A stretch of DNA of 53,222 nt, filler included, from Sphacelaria rigidula (lineage: Eukaryota): NCBI GenBank assembly GCA_964200075.2. It is 4 parts of 4 records of this genome, joined end to end, with 100 filler letters (N's around TTAATTAATTAA, not from the genome) between each part and the next. Parts side by side here need not be neighbours in the genome. Positions count along the whole stretch, not along the records: positions 39,994 to 53,222 come from CAXNAA020003047.1; 3 more parts are not named here. One strand, written 5' to 3'. Position numbers and translations under genes: made by a program. Every line of letters begins with the position of its first letter. Position 1 is the stretch's first letter. Positions 48,201-53,222 of the stretch are shown here, piece by piece. The notes beneath the pieces were generated by a model, which was given only the letters and a program-made list of their open reading frames with translations, searched no databases and had not been told where the DNA came from.

Positions 48201-50433
48201 TTATATGCTTGTTGTTTGATGCTGGGTGCTGACTGTGCATGTCGTCGCGTGTGGGGAACAAGCGGTAGATGTCAACATAGTTCCGACGAGACTTGGATCT
48301 CTCGCATATCATCGTGTTCGTACTTCAGTGGCCGGGATGTCTGAAGGGAAACACGAAAAGTGCGCAACAGCACAGGTCGTGTTGCTCACGTTTATGACGA
48401 GTGACGGTTTGCCCGCAGTATTGAATCGCTTGACCGCTGACCAACTACAGGGAAACATGTAAGCACAACACGCGACAGGGTATCGCTTCCGACGATTAAG
48501 ATATACAAATGTATCGTAAGGAATCCTAACATAAGGTCCTGATGAGCACGACAAGCGTCTTTCAGAGGCTTGTATATCACGTACGCCAAGGTGATGTGAC
48601 AGCTTGTACAAAGTCACCCATTACCCTATATCCTAGCCCCCCCCCCCCCGAGAATGCTAACCATAGTGCCACACGTATATTCCCTTGCAGATTGGCAGTA
48701 CAGAACTACACGCTGCTTGCAGACAAGGCTTCACCGATATCGCCAAAATGTTGCTGGAGGCCAACGCCGACCCGCACGTGAGGGACAAGGAAGGACGAAC
48801 GCCTGAACTCGTGGCTCTTGATTTCGACCGTGGCGATTGCGCCGCGCTCTTTTATAACTTGGCGATTGTGCCAAATATTTCTCACAAAAACCGTGCGAGC
48901 AAGAGAAGGAGCGTTCGTTCCGAGCCGTCGGAGGTCGCGGAGTCGGACAGCGAAAGCGGCGGAGAGCGCTGCGGCCGTGCCAGTAGCAGCGACGATAGTG
49001 TAATAGAGCCGCCGGTCGGACGTCAGAAAATCAGCTGGGCGAAAAGCGACCCAGAGGCCACTAGCGCTGGTAGGTCTCAAACCATGCAATCGTCGTCGTC
49101 AGCGCCTGTATCCGGGAGTGGTGTGTCGCAGAGCGATGGCAGCAGTCGGGATTCGCGATCATCTGGGCCTAGTAGCGGCAGCGGTGGCGTTAGTGGGGGT
49201 AGTAGTCAGGGAGAGCAACACAATGCGGCCGCAGGTACAGACGAGTACCTCGAGACTATAGAGCACCATCAGGAAACAGACACCGATGGCGGCGGACCGG
49301 AGGAACAGGAATGGCCATCAGCAGCCATGCCCGACCCCGAAGAGACGGCGGGAGTCACACCTGCACAAGCAGGAGGAGATGCCACGCAACACACTGATCA
49401 ATGGTACGGTAGTCGTCATGGCGAAAGTAATGAAGTACGCCCCAGGGATGGTGATGGTGATGATGATGGTGATGGTGATTGTGATGTCGATGGTATTGAT
49501 GTCGGGGCTGGTGCCGGTGGATATGACGAGGGGTGGAGATGGTCAGCAACCGACGAGTGGCAGGTTTCGGACCCTGGGTGCCCTCCAGTGATGGAAGAAG
49601 CGACGAATCAACCACCATGGGGTGTAGCCGCGGAACAAACGTTCCCCAACGGGCACTGGGATGAGCATCCCGAGACCGGCTATGATGAACAACGTGAGCA
49701 GTATACCAATTCCAACGCGAACGCACGTCCAAGTTACTCTGAGACAGAAACAGGATACGGCGAGGCCGACACTAACGGAGAATGGAGGGCTGGTGGGGAG
49801 TCGCGCGAAATGGATTATGTGGATCATGAAGAGAGCTACACAGTGGCACAAGAAGCATCAGAAACATGGGCAAGTGCTCAGGCCTGGAATACGTATCAAC
49901 AAGAAACACAAGACGGAGAAGGGGTACGAGGCGAGGCAGCGCCATTTTCGGGGTACGATGATACAGGAACGCAAGTGATGTCGGCCGCTACCGCAGTGGG
50001 GAGCAGCGTTGGAAACCGAGAGAGCTATGACACCTACCTCGACGCCAATTTCAACCAAATTTCGACCCGCGATGCATCGGATTTGGCTCAACACAATATC
50101 CAACCGAGCGTTTCAGGCGAAGGGATGACGCCGCCCGAACCTGAAGTCGAAGACACGGCGGGAGAGGCAACAGAAACGAGAGAGAGGCCCGCATGGAAGG
50201 TAGCTGTGGCATGTGTAAAAGCCGCAAACCGATGGACTGCAATGGTTGACCAAGATTCCGGTCATACGTACTACCTTGACGAGAAGTCAGGAGAGACACA
50301 ATGGGAAGTGCCGGGGGTCGAGACAGAGACGGGCGCGTCGTCGGCGGGTCACCTCGAAAAAAACGACGATAGTATTCCACAGGAGGGCGCAGGGGGTGAA
50401 AATTCCTCGGAGTCGTCGCCAGCAGACACGTAG
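42208..50433 (+). CDS. Large IQ-motif / ankyrin-repeat / WW-domain protein (exons 42208-44929, 45512-46426, 46737-46877, 47932-48156, 48691-50433; about 1900 aa; 5' exon(s) not defined)
   Basis: All junctions are canonical and in phase 0 (AAG|GTAAGC, GCG|GTAAGA, AAG|GTGAGC, AAG|GTACGA). IQ-like AATCIQHSW and ASLIQRTWR. Ankyrin repeats TPLHAAS, TPMMTAA, TPLVIAA, TPLHEAS, TPLHLAI, TPLRLAV and TELHAAC. WW domain WTAMVDQDSGHTYYLDEKSGETQWEVP. Long acidic low-complexity linkers. Confidence 0.9.
47728..47831 (+). mobile_element. Intronic copy of the (CAAT)n-tailed retroposon 3' end
   Basis: High identity to 40053-40172; ends CAATCAGTCAATCAATCAATCAA. Confidence 0.65.
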
Positions 50434-51160
50434 CACAGATAATAAGCCTGTAGAGCAGTAGTAGCAAAATAATCGACCCTACTTAGACGCTGGAGAGAGC
50501 TAGCGATAAACGTTACTTTGCGGGAAGGACGCTCTCTCAAGACATCAATTGCGTGTATTTCATGTGTGACATCTTGAGCAAGTCGCCGTTGCCGCGGAGG
50601 TCCTACAGTGTTGAAGGGACGGTATTTTTCAGCTACGCTCGGGTATTTGCTGGGGCATGATTACGAACCACGGCGGTGTCTACGTACTGTTTCTTCTCCC
50701 ACTGGTGATGTCCTCAAACTCCTGAAGAATCGTGGAAACCTTGGCGCCAAAGTTTGTCCGACGACCGTTTGCTACAAGGCACAGAAATCTTAGCGGGCAA
50801 TTCCGTGTCATACTCCATGCCGCTACTTCACTGTTACGACCGCCGCGTGCCTTTCGGGAGCGCTTACCCTGTTCTTACAAACAACCCGTGCACCTCAGAC
50901 GGACAGCGGCAAAGTCAGTATCCTGTCAGCACGACCAAGTGCAATTCTTGACTACTACGGCAGTCGGTGCCTGATTGTCTCTGCTACTAAGGCGGCGCTT
51001 TCAGCGAGCTTGCACGACTGGCGCCCTTCTTGATGTCGAAGAGTCGCACAATTCCGTTGACTTGTTGACTCCATGCCTCCAATGCACTACGCGTTCCCGA
51101 TCAATGTTACGTTCAAGGTTTCTACTCAGGAGTACTCCGTCACATTTTCATGGTGATGAT

Positions 51161-52149
51161 CTATTTCTTGCGCGGATGATGCCAATTTGTGCCCCAGTCC
51201 TTGTAAACTACCACGCGCTTTGTGCTGCCTCCCGGCAGCGCGACCGCTCGACATCTGCGAGTGTGCATCGGCAATGGAAGGATAGTTTGCCCTTGTTAGG
51301 GAGGATCGCCCGCGTGTGGCTCACAATTAAAGCATTGGTTTGAAAGAGTGCGTGGTTTTCTGCAGCGCTGTGCTAATCTGAACTAGAGAGGAGTAGGGAT
51401 GACCAACGGGCCTCCGGCAGCGGCCGACGATTTTCGACAATTTGACAAATCAAGTTTTTGTCGGCAAAAAGTGCCAATGTAGGTTGCGATCACCAACGAA
51501 ATCGGCCTCCGCCATGCGCTCATCTCACCCGCAGAGACAAAACTTTCCATGGTTCCTTGGTTTGGCAGCCGTTCCACCAGTGGTGGTTGCTGCATCGGCG
51601 TAGCCCGTCTCACCCACTTCTCTCGCCTTGGTTCCTCGCAATTGTTCTGCTAGACCGTCTAGTCTTTCACCTCTTGTTTCGAGATTCCTGAAAATTATAG
51701 AGAAGCAATCATGCCTGACTGTAGAATGTCGTCGAAAATATCGAGACTCTTTCTACAGTAGAGGCTTATATGACATCTAACGCCATTCGGTCAAAAATGC
51801 ACCTCTACCCAGAAATGAACGTCATGGATTATGGGTGACGTCACTCGTTACTCAAGGCTGTCCAACAAACACATTCCTCCTTGCGAGAAAAAAAACGACC
51901 AATCAGACCCATGATCATGGACAAATATACCAACATGATTGGCTGAAGACAAAACATTTGCTCTGACCTGTGTATCTTCGCCGTATGACTGCAAAAACAA
52001 TTTCAGTGTGATACAGCGTACAGCACCACCGGCAACGTAGCTCACTTCTTAATCCTAGCCCATCCGAGACTAGCACGGCCGTCCTTCACCGTCTGCATCA
52101 TGACAGCAAATTCTTCGAAGTCTATCTCTCCGCTTCCGTCTTTATCCAC
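51161..52149 (-). CDS. EF-hand calcium-binding protein, last three exons (52149-52046, 51687-51529, 51254-51161); gene continues to the right
   Basis: Canonical EF-hand VDKDGSGEIDFEEF. Phases 2 and 2 chain into ...GWARIKKNLETRGERLDGLAEQLRG...NHGKFCLCGCRAVALPGG...HPRKK*. Donors are GTGAGC and GTGAGA; acceptors are CAG. Confidence 0.85.
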
Positions 52150-53150
52150 CTGGTTAAGAGGACATCGCCGGAGGAAAGGAACAGCCCAATCACGTCGACC
52201 ACCCGCGAAGTGCCCATTCTGATCAACAAGGCAGGCAAAAATTATCTGTGTGAGTACCATCATATGTAAGAGGAAAATTCTTACAAGTGTCCGTCGAGGA
52301 ATCACCTTTTCACATTGGCGACACCATGGGATAAGTCGTATGCTTTAAGAAGAGAACGCCCTGAGTTCGAATCCCGACTCCCACAGAAAGCGACCAAAAA
52401 ACTTAAACGGGGACAAACACGTCGTGAAAATGGCCGGGGGCAAGACTGCTGGTGGGTGACTTCGAAGCAGAATCCACAGACCCGCGAGAAAGTCTTTTGC
52501 GGTGTAGGTTTGGGGACCCAACACACGTATTCAATTTGTGAAAAATAGTGTACATCTTCACCTCTCGCCGGCGGAAAAAACTACTGCTACAAGCCTCTTA
52601 TCGTTAAAAAGAGTAAGAAGAGGCCCATAAGGCGGACGCGGGGAGGGGGGGTAATGTGGGTACCGCCACATAAACGTGGAAAATTCTCACATGTGTCCGT
52701 TGAATAATCGCCTTGTCACATCTGAAACTACTGAACATTTCAACGCCATGACGTCCTCGCTGTGTTTGTAATTGTGTTTTGAGGAAAACCTCTCGCATGG
52801 TGGATGAATCACGTAAACGGCATCATAGAGCACGTTGTAGAACTGGATATGAATATCTTCCCGACAAATAAAAGTCGACCGTTGAGCAAGATTTGGCGCT
52901 CTTGAAATTCGAGCGCACTTCGGTGTAAAGACGCGCCATACACACTTTGCTTGTCGCACCTGAACTAATCCCCTGGGAGTCATGATCCAGTCGTGGTCAT
53001 TATCCAGATGGAGACACTTGCTCAACAAAAAGTTAAGAAAACAGAAAGCTAGACGCACCCGAGATAAAAAGAAAATGGAAACACTCGCCGAAGAAAAGCG
53101 AAGAAAACAAAAATGAAGAAGGTAGACTAGACAAACAGCGTAGACTAAGA

Positions 53151-53184
53151 AAATAATGATAATAATAATAATAATAATAATAAT

Positions 53185-53222
<38 letters not shown>
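53151..53222 (+). repeat. (AAT)n microsatellite at the contig end
   Basis: Read directly in the sequence. Confidence 0.97.

Overview
Eukaryotic nuclear DNA with long TE-rich introns, GT-AG splicing, bipartite 'ASAFAP'-type plastid targeting signals and TTAGGG-like repeats. By inference this is a stramenopile alga, most likely a brown alga. The window is not one locus. It is four unrelated contigs (1-13232, 13333-26563, 26664-39893, 39994-53222; lengths 13232/13231/13230/13229, i.e. size-sorted) joined by 100-nt N spacers containing TTAATTAATTAA. Contig 1 holds the 5' part of a mitochondrial Oxa1/YidC insertase gene (-), whose 5.6-kb first intron has a three-level nest of DNA transposons, and a divergent 6-exon hypothetical gene (+). 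Contig 2 holds a plastid-targeted retropepsin-like gene (-) with an exon split by a TA-flanked Tc1/mariner-type element, an intronless and divergent plastid sigma-70 factor (+), and a ZFAND2/AIRAP-like AN1 zinc-finger gene with a (GYKEA)n coding minisatellite (-). Contig 3 has no recognisable host gene: two decayed Ty1/Copia elements, foldback elements and several MITE families, including a TGT..ACA element that carries telomere-like repeats. Contig 4 holds a large IQ/ankyrin/WW protein gene (+) and the 3' end of a convergent EF-hand gene (-). No CRISPR array, rRNA or tRNA was found. The best leads are the exon-inserted transposon that could splice out as a GC-AG intron, the sigma factor lacking its promoter-melting and -35 residues, and the telomere-repeat MITE. 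All exon models were read by eye without RNA evidence.
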